DNA of 64,000 nt. It comes from Lama guanicoe. Taxonomy: Eukaryota. The notes beneath the pieces were generated by a model. The model was not told the DNA's origin and ran no database searches. It worked only from the letters and a program-made list of their open reading frames with translations. Location: positions 1 to 64,000 of the forward strand of contig MU053881.1 in the NCBI GenBank assembly GCA_013239625.1, written 5' to 3'. Numbering within the stretch: the stretch's first letter is position 1; each line of letters starts with the position of its first letter. This document shows positions 49,875-62,772 of this stretch, piece by piece. The position numbers were made by a program, and so were the translations under genes.

Positions 49875-52070
49875 TTAAATGAAACAACAGAAATTTATTT
49901 TCTCACAATTCTGAGATCAAGTTGTCAGCAGGGCTGATTGCTCCTGAGGCTTCTCTCCTTGGCTTGTAGATGGCCATTTTCTCCCTGCATCTTCACATGG
50001 TCTTTCTTTTCTCTGTGTCTCTGTGTCCTAGTCTTCTCTTCTTACGAGGACACGAGTCGTATCAGTCTAGGGCCCACTCCCAATGACCTCATTCAACCTT
50101 AATTACCTCTTTTAAAACTCTTATCTCAAAATACAATCACATTTTGAGGTACTGGGGCTTAGGACTTAAACAGATAAATTTGCAAGGATACAGTTTAACC
50201 CATAACACTCCACCCTGTGGTCCTCCAAAATTCAAGTCCTCACATGCAAAATACATTTGCCCCATCCCAACAGCCACAAAAGCCTTAACACATTGCAGCA
50301 TCAACTCTAAGTCTAAAATCTCATCTAAACAGCGTCTGAATCAGGTATGGGTAAGACTACAGGTATGAGCCATCCTGAGGCAAAATTGTACTCCCAACAG
50401 TGAACCTATGACAACAACTTGTCTGCCTCCAAAATACAAAATACGGTGGGACAGGTATAGGATACACATTCTCATTCCAAAAGTGAGAAACTGGAGAGAA
50501 GAAAAGTGACAGGTCCTAAGCAAGTCCAAAAACACAGCAGGGCAAATTTCATTAGATTTTTAATTTATTCAAAGATTTAGTTTATTATATCAGCATCAGC
50601 ACTAGAACAATATTTCCACAGCACACGTCTACAGACATCAATCTATATGGCTAACTTTAAGAAACTTTTGTGGAAAATTCCATTAGACTTTAAGGTTCAA
50701 GAATGAAATCCTCTTTGGCTCAATGCTGTGTCTTCTGGACCAACAAAAGTGGCAGCACTGCCCTGGCCCATCCTCCCTGGACTGTGGGCCCAGACCCTCT
50801 GGAACCAGTGAGGAAATAGCCCTGCTGCCTGGGCCTGTCCCCTCTGGACCCATGGTGGTAGAAGCAGCCCTGACGATCTCTGTCCCCCCTTCAGAGTCAT
50901 ACTCCCTGTACTCGAAGGATGAGGTATGTTTGCGTCCAGACAGCTCTATCCTGTTTTCTGCCTGTTGAATCCCAAAAGTCTGACAGCCTTTCTTCATTTC
51001 ATCCCAGCTCTGTCATCTTCAGTCCAAGCTGACGGTTCTGCTGAGATGGTTGGTTGCATTAGAGCAGGCCGACCGCTGGATATGAGCAGAGAAAGGGGGC
51101 ACGGGCCATGTGGCAGGAAAGCACACATCCTGGGCAGAGGAAAGCAGAAGCCTCCTGACTGAGAAGTCACACATTTTGGGGTGACAAGTGTCCTGGAGGC
51201 AGAGAGAGAAAGGTGGGAAAAGGCAGGAATCTCCAGCATCTGAATGTAACATTTTGTTCATTGTGCCCTCATTACAATAAAAATATCCTTGCAGATTAGA
51301 AGTACCCATCATGCACCAATGCCATGACACCCAATCCAGATTAAATACAGAGAAAAATTCCTCCCTCTCTTGGGAGAGTGGAGATGGGAAGAAAATCAGG
51401 AAATAAGACCCCCCAGTCCCGCCCTCCCCATTGAATATTCTGCCCATTCATTTTTACACCCGGTGTAACCAGCTCACCAAAGAAGTCAGCACAGCACTCA
51501 CGTGAGTGCCCGCTCTTCCTTTGAGTGTCCTATCACTTAATAAATCCTCACTTCACTTTCTTGACCTCCATGTCTCGTCACTGAATTCTTTCTGCCACAA
51601 GACAGGAACCTGCACTCTGGTAACAACTGGATCCATACGTTACACTCCACAAGCCCTTTAGTAAAGATCATCCAGCCACATCCTTGGTGTTCTCTCCTGA
51701 ACACACTTTCTCATTGTTTTGCAATATGAATAAACTGAGAATTTTCCAGTCTTCATGTTCTGGTTCCTTTTTGCATAATAATATCTTTTTCAATTATCCC
51801 CCTCTCACATTTTACTATAAGCAGCAAGAAGAACCAGGCCACACCTTCAACATTTTGCTTAGAAATATCCTCAGCTAAATGTCCAGATTCATCACTTACA
51901 CATTTTGCTTTCCACAAGACACTAGAACACAATCTGGCCAAGTTCTCTGCTACTTTGTGACAAGGGCTGGTTTTCCTCCAGTTTCCAATACATGTTCCTT
52001 ACATCCTTCTGAGACTTCCCCAGAAACACCTTTAATGTTTATATTTCTATCAACATTCTGTTCATGATGA
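49875..52070 (-). mobile_element. MaLR element: MLT1 LTR (~49875-50207) plus MLT internal sequence
   Basis: The LTR ends cacattttgaggtactggggcttaggactt...acccataaca and is followed by internal sequence cacatgcaaaatacattt...gcatcaactctaagtc. Confidence 0.75.
51056..51625 (+). mobile_element. Solo ERV LTR nested in the MLT internal sequence
   Basis: TG start, cttaataaatcctcac poly(A) signal, and gaattctttc...ctggtaaca CA end. MLT-int resumes afterwards. Confidence 0.6.
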
Positions 52071-52107
52071 AATATATATATATTTAATTATATATTATAT
52101 ATATAAT

Positions 52108-52345
52108 TGAGACAGGAAGGAAGAGGGCAGGGCACAGCCATTCAAGAAATGACACAGCAATTAACACCAAGGTGGCAGAAAATTCAACTCTCAAAATGCC
52201 CAAGATGGCAGGAGATTTGACTTCTAGTAGAATTTGAGCTTCATTAGACACTCATTGTAATATATTAACATTGTAAACGGCCCTCCCACAGTTGCCATGG
52301 CAGCTCAGAGGCTGACCATAAAAGGTCAAAAAGTGGGCAGAGTCC
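52108..52345 (+). mobile_element. 5' part of an ERV LTR (MER41-like), cut by an L1
   Basis: tgagacaggaagg...ccatggcag...gaccataaaaggtcaaaaagtgggcag. Confidence 0.45.
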
Positions 52346-55300
52346 TGATTCTACAAATATATCTACATGTGGGACAGTTCTCACTGAAAACTAATGGGAA
52401 ACTAACAGAAGGACACCTGTACAACCAAGGCTGTAAGAAAGATACACACATAATCAGATTAGAAGGGAAGAAATGTGGTTGGGTTGAGACCTGTGTCCCT
52501 GGGAGGGGACTCAGAGGAAAAATGACATTGCATGGGTTTACACCTGCCTTGGGGAATAAGCAAGTCGAGCCACAGACTGGGCGTCCCGGTCCTGGGGTCT
52601 TAGGTAGAGAAGACAAGCCCCCTTAACTGGTTGGAAGACCACTGCAACAAATAAAAGGGTTGAATAAGCCTGAACCCTGTTTATGAGGAGTGCATACATG
52701 CTGGCTGGCCCTTGAGGCAGGGCAAAGAGAGATCTGTGCTAGTGGCAGCTGAGTTTCTCACATCTGCCTTGCCATGTGAATTGAAGGGAGAATATGCAGT
52801 TATACAACGTAATTAAAGCTCCAGCCCATCTCAGTCCATGCCACAGCAGAGCAGTGGATCTGGAACTGTCAAGACCACGGAACCAGAGGCAACCTGGTGC
52901 CGGGACAGAGCCGGGGTGGGATGGTGGTGGCCACTGTTGGCTAAAAAATCCCCAAATCCAATGAGGGAAATAGATACCCAGGTGCAAGAAGCACAGAGGG
53001 TCCCAAATAAGATGAACCCAAACAGACCCACAACAAGACATATCATAATTAAAATGGCCAAAGTCAAAGAGAGGCAAGAGACAACAAGAGAAAAACAAAG
53101 AGTCAAATATCAGGGAACACTCATAAGGCAATCAGGTGATTTCTCTGCAGAAACGTTGCAGCCAGAAGGGAGTGTCATTACACATTCAACGTGCTGAAAG
53201 GGGAAAACCTACAGCCTAGGATACCTTACCAAGCAACATTATCATTTAGAATAGAAGGAAAGATAAAGATCTTTTGAGACAAGCAAAAACTAAAAAAGTT
53301 TATCAATTTTAAACTTACCCTTAATGAAATGTTGAAAGGTCTTATTTAAATGGAAAAAATTAAGAATCTATAGGAAAGGAAAAATCCCAGGAAAGTCAAA
53401 TATAAAGATTAAAGATCAACCACTTAAATAAGCCAGAATGTAGAATAAAAGATAAAAAATTATAAAAGCAGCTAAACTACAATAAACAGTTAAGAGGTAA
53501 GCATGAAGATGTAAAATATGACATCAAAAACACAAAATGTGTGTTAGGGAGGTAAAGAATGTAGATCTTTTAGAATGTGTTTGAACGTAAATGACTACCA
53601 GTTTAAAACAAGTAGATATAATTATGGATCAATATACATGAACCCCACAGTGAGGACAAATCAAAAACCTGTATCACATACACAAAAACCAAAAAGAAGG
53701 AAACACAAGTATACTACTAAAGAAAACAATGAAGCCACAAGGAAAGAAACAAAAGAGAAACAGAGAAGAGCACAAAAACAGTAATTAAATGGCAATAAGT
53801 ACATACATATGAATAATTACTGTAAATGTCAATGTTCTAAATACTCCAATAAGAAGATCTAGGGTGGCTGATTGGATTTTAAAAAGATGCTTCAATATGT
53901 TACCTATAAGAGACCTGCTTTAAGGCTAAAAATACACACAGAGTGAAAGTGAGGGAATGGGAAAAGGTATTTCATACAAATATAAATGACAAGAAGAGGG
54001 GGGAACAAAGCTCGTATCAGACAAAACAGACCAAAACAAAGGCTATAACAAAGGAAAAAGAAGTGCACTATATAATGATAGAGGGATCAATGCAAGAAGA
54101 GAATATTACAGATGTTAACATGTCCACCCAATACAAGAGCACCTAAATATATAAAGCAAATATTAACAGACCTAAAGGGGAAAATTGACAGCAGTATAAT
54201 AATAGCAGGGAATTTTAAAACCCCACTTACAAAAATGGGCAGATCATCCAGACAGAAAATCAATAAGGCATCTTAAATGACACAATAGACCAGTTTGACT
54301 TAATAGAAATCTACAGGACAAGTTTTATTTTATTTCATTTTTTAAAAGAAAATATTCATGGTGATTTTTTCCTTTTTTTTCTTTTTTTAAATTGAAGTAT
54401 AGTCACTTACAGTATTTCAATTTCTGGTGTACAATATAGTGTTTCAGTCATATATATATTCATTTTCATATTTTTTCATTATAAGTTACTAAGATATTGA
54501 ATATGTTTCCCTGTGGTATACAGAAGAAACTTGTTGTTCATCTATTTTGTATATAGTAGTTAACATCTGCAAATCTCAAACTCCCAATTTATCCCTTTCC
54601 ACCCCCTTCCCTCCCAATAACCATAAAATTGTTTACTATGTCAGTGAGTCTGTTTCTGTTTTTAGATGAGTTCATTAGTGTCTTCTTTTTTCTTTTTATT
54701 AGATTCCAAGTATGAGTGATATCACGTGGTATTTTTCTTTCTATTTCTGACATACTTCACTTAGAATGATGATCTCTAGGTCCATTCATATTCTGCAAAT
54801 GGAATTATTTTATTCTTTTTTATGGCTGAGTAGTAATCAATCATACAAACATACCACAGCTTCTTTATCCCATCATCTGTAGATGGACATTTAGTACAGG
54901 ACAAAATTTTTAAAACAGCAGAATACACAACCTTTTCAAATGCACATAGAACTTTCTCCCAGATAGATCACATGCTAGGGCATAAAACAAATCTCAACAA
55001 ATTTAAGGTAGAAATTACATCAAACAATTTTTCTGACCACAATGGTATGAGACTGGAAATCAACTACAGAAAGAAAATTGGGAAGAGAACAAGCACATGG
55101 AGACAAAACAACATGCTACTAAAAATAAAACAATGGGTCAATGAAGAAAACAAAGAGGAAATCAGAAAATACCCAGAGACAAATAAAAATGGAAACACAG
55201 CACTCCAAAAAAATCTATGGATGCAAAAAAAGCAGCTCTAAAAATGAAGTTTATAGCAATACAGGCCCTCCTCCAGAAACAAGAAAAATCTCAAATAAAC

Positions 55301-57075
55301 AACCTAACTTACCACCTAAAGGAATTAGAAAAAGAAGAATAAAGTCCAAAGTCAGCAGAGGGAAGGAAATAATAAAGATCAGAGAGAAAATAAATAAAAT
55401 AGAGATTGAAAAAACAATAGAAAAGACCAATAAAATCAAGATCTATTTTCTTGAAAATAAACAAAATTGATAAACCTTTAGCCAGGTTCACTAAGAAGAA
55501 AAGAGAGAGGCCCCAAATAAAATAAGAAATGAAAGAGGAGTAATAACAGCCAATACCACAGAGACACAGAAAATCATAAGAGAATATTACAAACAATTAT
55601 AGGCTAACAAATTGGACAACCTAGAAGAAAAGGACAAATTTCTAGAGAAATGCAACCTGCCAAGACTGACCAAGCAGAAACAGACAATTTTAATGGACAA
55701 ATCACTAGTAGTGAAATTGAATGTGTAATTAAAAACAATCCATCAGCAATTGAAAATCCAGGGCCAGATGGCTTCACAGAGGATTTCTACCAAACATATA
55801 AGAATTAATGCTTATCCTTCTAAAACTATTCCAAAACATTGAAGAGGATTTAACACTCCAAATTCATTCTGTGAGGCCACAATTACTATAATACCAAGAC
55901 CAGACAAAGACACTACAAAAAAAATTACAAGTCAATATCCCTGATGAATATCGATGCAAAACTCCTCAACAAAATGTTAGCAAACTGAAATCAACAATAT
56001 ATAAAAAGGATTATATACCATGATCAAGTTGGATTTATTCCATGGTCACAAAGATGGTTCAACATTGGCAAATCAAAATGCAATAAATTATATCAACAAA
56101 AGGAAAGATACAAACCACAAGTCATCTCACAATATGCAAAAAAAGTACTTGACAAAATTCAACATGCATTCACAATAAAAACTCTCAGCAAAGTGGGTAC
56201 AGAGTGAAAATATCTCAATATAATCAAGGTTACATATGACAAATCCACAAACTAATATCAAACTCAAAGGAAAGCCTTTCCTCTAAATTCAGGAACAAGA
56301 CAACGATGCCCACTTTTACCATCTCTATTCAACATAGTACTGGAAGTCCTAGCCACAGCAATCAGATAAGAAAAAGAAATAAAAGGCATCCATATTGGAA
56401 AGGAAGAAGTAAAACTGTTACTATTTGCAGATGACATGATACTACATACAGAAAACCCTAAAGTCTCCACCAAAAAACTATTAGAACTAAACAATGAATT
56501 CAGCAAAGTTGTAGGATACAAGATTAACATGCAGAAATCTGTTTCTTTCATATACACTAATAAACTTAACCAAAGAGATCAAAGACCTATACTCTAAAAA
56601 CTATGAAACATTAATGAAGGAAATTGAAGATGACTTAAAGAAATGGAAAGATATCTCATGTTCTTGAATAGGAATAATTCATATTGTTAAAATGACCATG
56701 CTACCCAGAGCAATTTACAGATTTAATGCAATCCCTATTAAAATATCCATGACATTTTTTCACAGAACTAGAACAAATAACCTTAAAATTTATATGGAAC
56801 TTTAAAAGACTCCAAATTGCCCAAAGCAATCTTGAGAAAAATGAACAAATCTGGAGGTATTACCTTCTCAGACTTTGGACTATACTACAAAGCTACAGTA
56901 ATCAAAACAATATGGTACTGGCACCCAAAAAGACACATAGATCAATGGAACAGAATAGAGCCCAGAAATAGACCCACACACCTATATCAATTAACCTTTG
57001 ACTGAGGAGGTAAGAATATATAATGGAGAAAAGAAAGCTTTCAATAAGTGGTGTTGGGAACACTATGGATGCAAA
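52345..57075 (+). mobile_element. Decayed long L1 (5'UTR, partial ORF1, ORF2 EN/RT)
   Basis: ORF1 remnant QVQEAQRVPNKMNPNRPTTRHIIIKMAKVKE. ORF2 remnants MLGHKTNLNKFK and [36 protein letters not shown] motif tttgcagatgacatg (FADDM) at ~56424. Confidence 0.93.
54322..54894 (-). mobile_element. Younger L1 3' fragment nested antisense in L1 ORF2, 10-bp TSD
   Basis: tacaggacaa at 54312-54321 and 54895-54904, with a T-rich tail on the left. Confidence 0.85.
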
Positions 57076-57319
57076 AAAAGTAAGGAACAGCCAGAAGAGA
57101 CCTTCTTGAACATCTGAGACATTCAGTAGAAACCCCAAAATAATAAAACCTTAGTAAGAGGGTACCACATCTCCATAACAAAGCCTAAAAATAAATGTCA
57201 AAAGAAATAAGCTGACCTACAAGTAACTTGACTGTTTACCAGAACAAATATTAGTATCTTTTGAAGGAACATAACAAACCCAGACATTCATAAGTACATT
57301 ATTAAAAATGTATAACATT

Positions 57320-59012
57320 TGGTTTCATCATTTGCAAATTTTTCTCCCATTCCATGGGTTGTCATTTTGTTTTACTTATGGTTTCCTTTGCTGTGCAGAA
57401 GCTTGTAAGTTTCATTAGGTCTCACTTATTTATTTTTGCTTTTATTTTCTATTGCTTGGGTAGACTGCCCTAGGGGAACATTTTTGAGATGTATGTGAGA
57501 TAATGTTTTGCCTATGTTTTCTTCTAGGAGGTTTATTGTATCTTGTCTTATGTTTAAGTCTTTAATCCATTTTGAGTTTATTTTTGTGTATGGTGTAAGG
57601 GAGTGTTCTAGCTTCATTGCTTTACATGCTGCTGTCCAGTTTTTCCAACACTGTTTGCTAAAGAGACCATCTTTATTCCATTGTATATTCTTGCCTCCTT
57701 TGTTGAAGATTAGTTGACCAAAAGTTTGTGGGTTCATTTCTGGGCTCTCTATTCTGTTCCATTGGTCTATATGTATGTTTTTGTACCAATACCATGCTGT
57801 TTTGATTACTGTAGCTCTATAGTATTGACTGAAGTCTGGGAGAGTTATTCCTTCAGCCTCTTTTTTTTTTCTTCAGTAATGCTTTGACAATTCTAGGTCT
57901 TTTGTGGTTCCATATAAATTTTATTATAATTTTTTTCTAGTTCTGTGAAACATGTCCTGGGTAATTTGATAGGGATTGCATTAAATCTGTAGGTTGCCTT
58001 GGGCAGTATCTCCAGAATATATAAGCAGCTCATATGACTTAATAGGAAAAAAACAAACAACCCAACCAAAAATGGGCAGAAGACCTAAACAAGCAATTCT
58101 CCAAGGGAGACATACAAATGATCAAAAAGCACATGAAAAAATGCCCAATATCACTAATTATCAGAGAAATGCAAATCAAAACTACAAGGAGGTATCACCT
58201 CACACCAGTCAGAACGGCCATCATCCAAAAATGCACAAATGACAAATGCTGAAGAGGCTGTGGAGAAAAGGGAACCCTCCTACACTGCTGGTGGGAATGC
58301 AGTTTGGTGCAGCCACTGTAAAAAAAAAAAAACAGTACGGAGATTCCTCAAAAGACTAGGAATAGACTTACCAAATGACCCAGGAATCCCACTCCTGGGC
58401 ATGTATCCAGAAGGAACCCTACTTCAGGATGACACCTGCACCCCAATGTTCACCTGCACCCCAATGTTCATAGCAGCACTATTTACAATAGCCAAGACAT
58501 GGAAACAGCCTAAATGTCCATCAACAGATGACTGGATAAAGAAGAGGAGGTATATTTATACAATGGAATACCACTCAGCCATAAAAACCAACAACATAAC
58601 GCCATTTGCAGCAGCATGGATGTCATTCTAAATGAAGTAAGCCAGAAAGAGAAAGAAAAATATCATATGAGAATGCTCATATGTGGAATCTAAAGAAAAA
58701 AGAACATAAATACAAAACAGAAACAGACTCATAGACATAGAATACGAACTTGTGGTTGCCAAGGGGGCAGAGAGTGGGAAGGGACAGACTGGGATTTCAG
58801 AATTTGTAGATACTGACAGGCATATGCAGAATAGATAAATAAGATTATACTGTATAGCACAGGGAAATATATACAAGATCTTGTGGTAGCTCACAGCAAT
58901 AAAAAATGTGACAATGAATATATGTATGTTCATGTATAACTGAAAAATTGTGCTCTACACTGGAATTTGACACAACGTTGTAAAATGACTATAACTCAAT
59001 AAAAAAGTTTAG
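57320..59012 (+). mobile_element. Young L1 with 5' inversion (twin priming), 14-bp TSD
   Basis: TSD aaatgtataacatt at 57306-57319 and 59013-59026. 57320-58008 is antisense ORF2 ([20 protein letters not shown]); 58009-59010 is the sense ORF2 end plus 3'UTR. Confidence 0.92.
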
Positions 59013-59026
59013 AAATGTATAACATT

Positions 59027-59768
59027 CAATAAAAATTACTAGACATACAAAGAAGCAAGAAAATGGGACACAAAATCGAGAGTAAAACCAGTCAACAGAA
59101 ATAGACCCATAAATGAGAGAAGATGGAATTAACAATCACTTTAAAAGTTATAAATATGTTGAGAATTATATTATGAAAACAAATGAACATAATGAGCATG
59201 GAAATAGAAGATATACTAAAATATCAAATAGAATCCTGGAGCTAAAAATCATAATATCAGAAATGAAAAATTCACTGGAAGGGCTAACTAGTAGATGAGC
59301 AGAAGGAAAAACCAGAGAATCTGAAAAATAGCAATAGAAACTATCCAGCTGAAACACACTAGGAAAAAAAATGCTAAAGGAAAAAAAATCAACCCAATCT
59401 TCAAATTAGGCAGAAGACTTGAATAGACATTTTTCAAAACATGTACAAATGGCCAGTAAGTACAAGAAAAGATGTTCAGCATCACTAACGATTAGAGAAA
59501 TGCAAATCGAAACCACAAGATATGATCTCACAGCCATTAGTTTGGCTACTATTGGGGGAGGGAGAAATAAGTATTGGTGGGATGAGGGGAAATCAGAACA
59601 CTTGTACGCTGTTGGTAGGAGTGCAAAATAGTGCAGCTGCTGTGGAAACAGTATGGAAGTTCCTCTAAAAATTAAAAATAGAATTACTATATGATCCAGC
59701 AATTCCTTTAGGTATATACAATCAAAGGAACTGAAATCAGGGACTCAAAGATATATATATATATATAT

Positions 59769-59799
<31 letters not shown>

Positions 59800-61720
59800 T
59801 ACATATACATACATACATGCACATACTCATAGCAGTATCATTCACAATAGCCAAAAGGAAGAAGCAACCCAAGTACACACTGGCAGATGAATGGATAAAT
59901 AAAATGTGCTACATATACATGCCATAATATATTTATATTTATACATATAATGGAATATTAAGCCTTAAAAAGAAAGGAAACTTTGACACATGGATGAACA
60001 TTAAGGAGCTTATGCTAAGTGAAATGTATCAGTTAAAAAAGGACAAATACTGTACAATTCCACTTAATGTGGTACCTAGAGTAGTCAGATTTATGGAGAC
60101 AGAAAGCAGAATGGTGGTTATCAAGGGGTTGGGGGTAGAGGGGATGGGAGGTGACTGTTTGATGGGTATCAAGTTTCAGATTTATAAGTTGAAATGAGTT
60201 CTGGAGATGGATGGTGGTGATGGTTGTACACAATATGAATGTACTAAATGCCACTAAACTTTACACTTATAAGTGATTAAGATTCTAAATTTTCTGTTAA
60301 GTGTATTTTACTGTAATTCTTTTGAAAAGAAAAAGGCTAAAAAGTAATGAAGAAAGTCTCAGGAGACTATGGGATAATATCAATTGTTAATATTCTGATC
60401 ATTGGCATCCCAGCAGAGAGAAGGAAAAATAAAGACCTTTCAGACATATGAAAACCAAAAGAATTCACCACTAGCAGACAGACCCACACTGAAAGAAATG
60501 TTCAAAGAAGTCCTCCAGGCAGAAGGAAATTTGTATCTGATGAATATATGAGATCGGAAATGGTAAGTATACAATGTTTTTTCTTTGTACTGAAATGTCT
60601 TTAAAAGATAAGTGACTGCTTATACAAAAAGCACGACAATATACTGTGGGGTTTATGATATGGACAAGTAAATCTGTGAAAATAATAGCACAGAGACTGA
60701 GAGGGAGGAATGGAGGTAAACTATGGTAGGGTTTTCATATTATACCTGAAGTGGGCCTATCATCACCTGAAGGTAGACTACTGTGACTTAAAGATGTATC
60801 CCATCAACCCTGAGTCAGAAAACAAACAGACACACAGCAATAATAACCAGAACAGGTAAGGGCTCATATCCAAGATATATAAAGAGTTCTCACAGATCAA
60901 TAAGAAAAAGACAATGCGCAGTACTAAGGAGCAAAAGACTTGAAATCCAAATGGACAGTTGTAAAAACGTGCCCAATCTCAACATTAATTAAGGGAAAGC
61001 TAATGAAAACTATAATGAGATGCCACTACAAACCAACTAGAATGACTGAAATTAAAAATGAAAACTGGCAATACGTGCCAGTGAAGATGTGGAGCGCAGG
61101 GAACTAGTTGCACTGCTGTGGAGTGCAAAATGGTACAAATAATGAAAAAGTGGCTGATACCATCCACAAAGTTGAAGACATGTTCACTATGACCCAACAG
61201 TATCACTCCTAGAAATATCTGAGGTAATAGGACATATGTACACCAGGAAACATAAAAGCATGTTTGTAGCAGCAAAAGTTGGAAACTGGTAATGTCTCAA
61301 ACTTCTATCAACAGTGGATGGACAAATGAAATGTGTTGAATCACACAGAAGACTGTGCAACAATGACCATGAGTGAAGTATAGGTCTTCATAAGAGGACA
61401 CAAGAATCTCACCAAATATGCTGAGCCAAAGAATATACGTGCAATGAATCCATTTAAATAAGGTTTTTTAAAAAACCAAAACATACTTGGGCAAGAAAAA
61501 TGATAAAGAAGAGCAGAGAAATGATAAAGCCAGGATTTGGAGGTTAGAGAGGGGGTTGTGATGGGAAAGGAAGGGCTTCTGGAAAGCTAGTGCCATTCTT
61601 TAACCTTGACCTGGGGGGTTGAAACATAGGTGTTAGCTTTAAATTTACATTTGTAATACATTAATATATACTTTTCATATATTACGACTAAACAAAACAA
61701 TTGAAAGAAAATCAACATAT
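59027..61720 (+). mobile_element. Stack of older L1 fragments (ORF1 remnant, L1MB-like 3' end ~59400-60330, L1ME-like)
   Basis: NRILELKIIISEMKNSLEGLTSR; MNRHFSKHVQMASKYKKRCSASLTIREMQIETTRYDLT; 3'UTR gttctggagatggatggtggtgatggttgtacaca. Confidence 0.75.
59752..59822. repeat. Compound (TA)n(CA)n(TACA)n microsatellite
   Basis: Directly visible. Confidence 0.9.
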
Positions 61721-62399
61721 GATTGAGATTCATTTAGTTGGTTGCCTACTTTCTCCAACATCACTTATTAAACCATATAAACTATCCCCACCTATTTGTG
61801 ATTACAACGTAACATATTCCATTCTTACTTGCCCTTGAGATTTAGTCACGGTTGTTACCAACAATGGTTTTGGCAAGGATGAACGGACTTTTGCAGGCGT
61901 GAGGGGGGGGGACAGTAAAAGTAGAATAAAAGCGGGAGAGGGAGATAGTCATCGTCATGGGATGTGTTTTTAAATAGGAAAATTCTAGAGACAGAACTGA
62001 AAAGAGAAAGGAAGTCTGTGAAACGGTTGCCAAGTCAGAGAGTAAAGTGTGACCTGATAAAAGGACTTATGAATGAGCTCAGAGCAGAACTATTTGCAGG
62101 AGATCTAAAGAGGAGGCCATGCCTGAAGGATGGAGGTTTCTTATACTGGGTGCCTGGCCCTAGGGTGCGGCCTCCATCTATGCACCAAGAGGGTGGTAAG
62201 ATAGAGCTTGCTAAAGGTTCTCAAGTTTTGGACATATTGCTATTTTAAATTATGTTTATTGCTCTTTTTTCTTACTTTAAACGTTGTATTTATTGATTGA
62301 AGTAAATTACAGAGAACTGCGCGCTGCCACATTTTGTCCAGTCTTGACTGCGGGGTTCATTCCCTTTTTAGCGCACAGTGAGACTGGCGCATTACCTGC

Positions 62400-62705
62400 A
62401 TTCTCCGCCCGCCCGGAGGGTCCCAGGGCAGGCCTGAAGGGCTGCTGGAAGTGGGGCACGGACCAGCCTTCACTCGGCGGTGCAAAAAAGGCACCCTCGG
62501 CGCTAGGCTGGACCCTCCCCTGGCTGGGGGGGCGGGGCGGGACTGAGAGCCGAGGGGGCAGGGCCAGGAGGCCTGGCCCCACCCGTGGCACCCCGCCTGG
62601 CCCCGCCCCGGCCTCAGCCCCGCCCCGACCCCGCCCGCGCCGCGGGCCCACTCTCGGTGCCCCCGGCTGCGGTCGCTCGTCTGACCCGTGCCACAGCGGC
62701 CGGAG
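62400..62705 (+). promoter_or_regulatory. FLT4: FLT4 CpG-island promoter/5'UTR
   Basis: Multiple GC boxes (ggggcggggcggg, ccccgcccc) immediately upstream of gcggccggagATG. Confidence 0.8.
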
Positions 62706-62772
62706 ATGCAGCGGGGCGCCGCGCTGTGCCTGCGCCTGTGGCTCTGCCTCGGACTGCTCGACAGCGAGCGCG
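62706..62772 (+). CDS. FLT4: FLT4/VEGFR3 exon 1 (signal peptide); the gene would continue beyond the window
   Basis: MQRGAALCLRLWLCLGLLD matches the VEGFR3 N-terminus. The exon ends either at 62763 (GC donor) or at 62772 (GT donor); both are phase 1. Confidence 0.9.
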
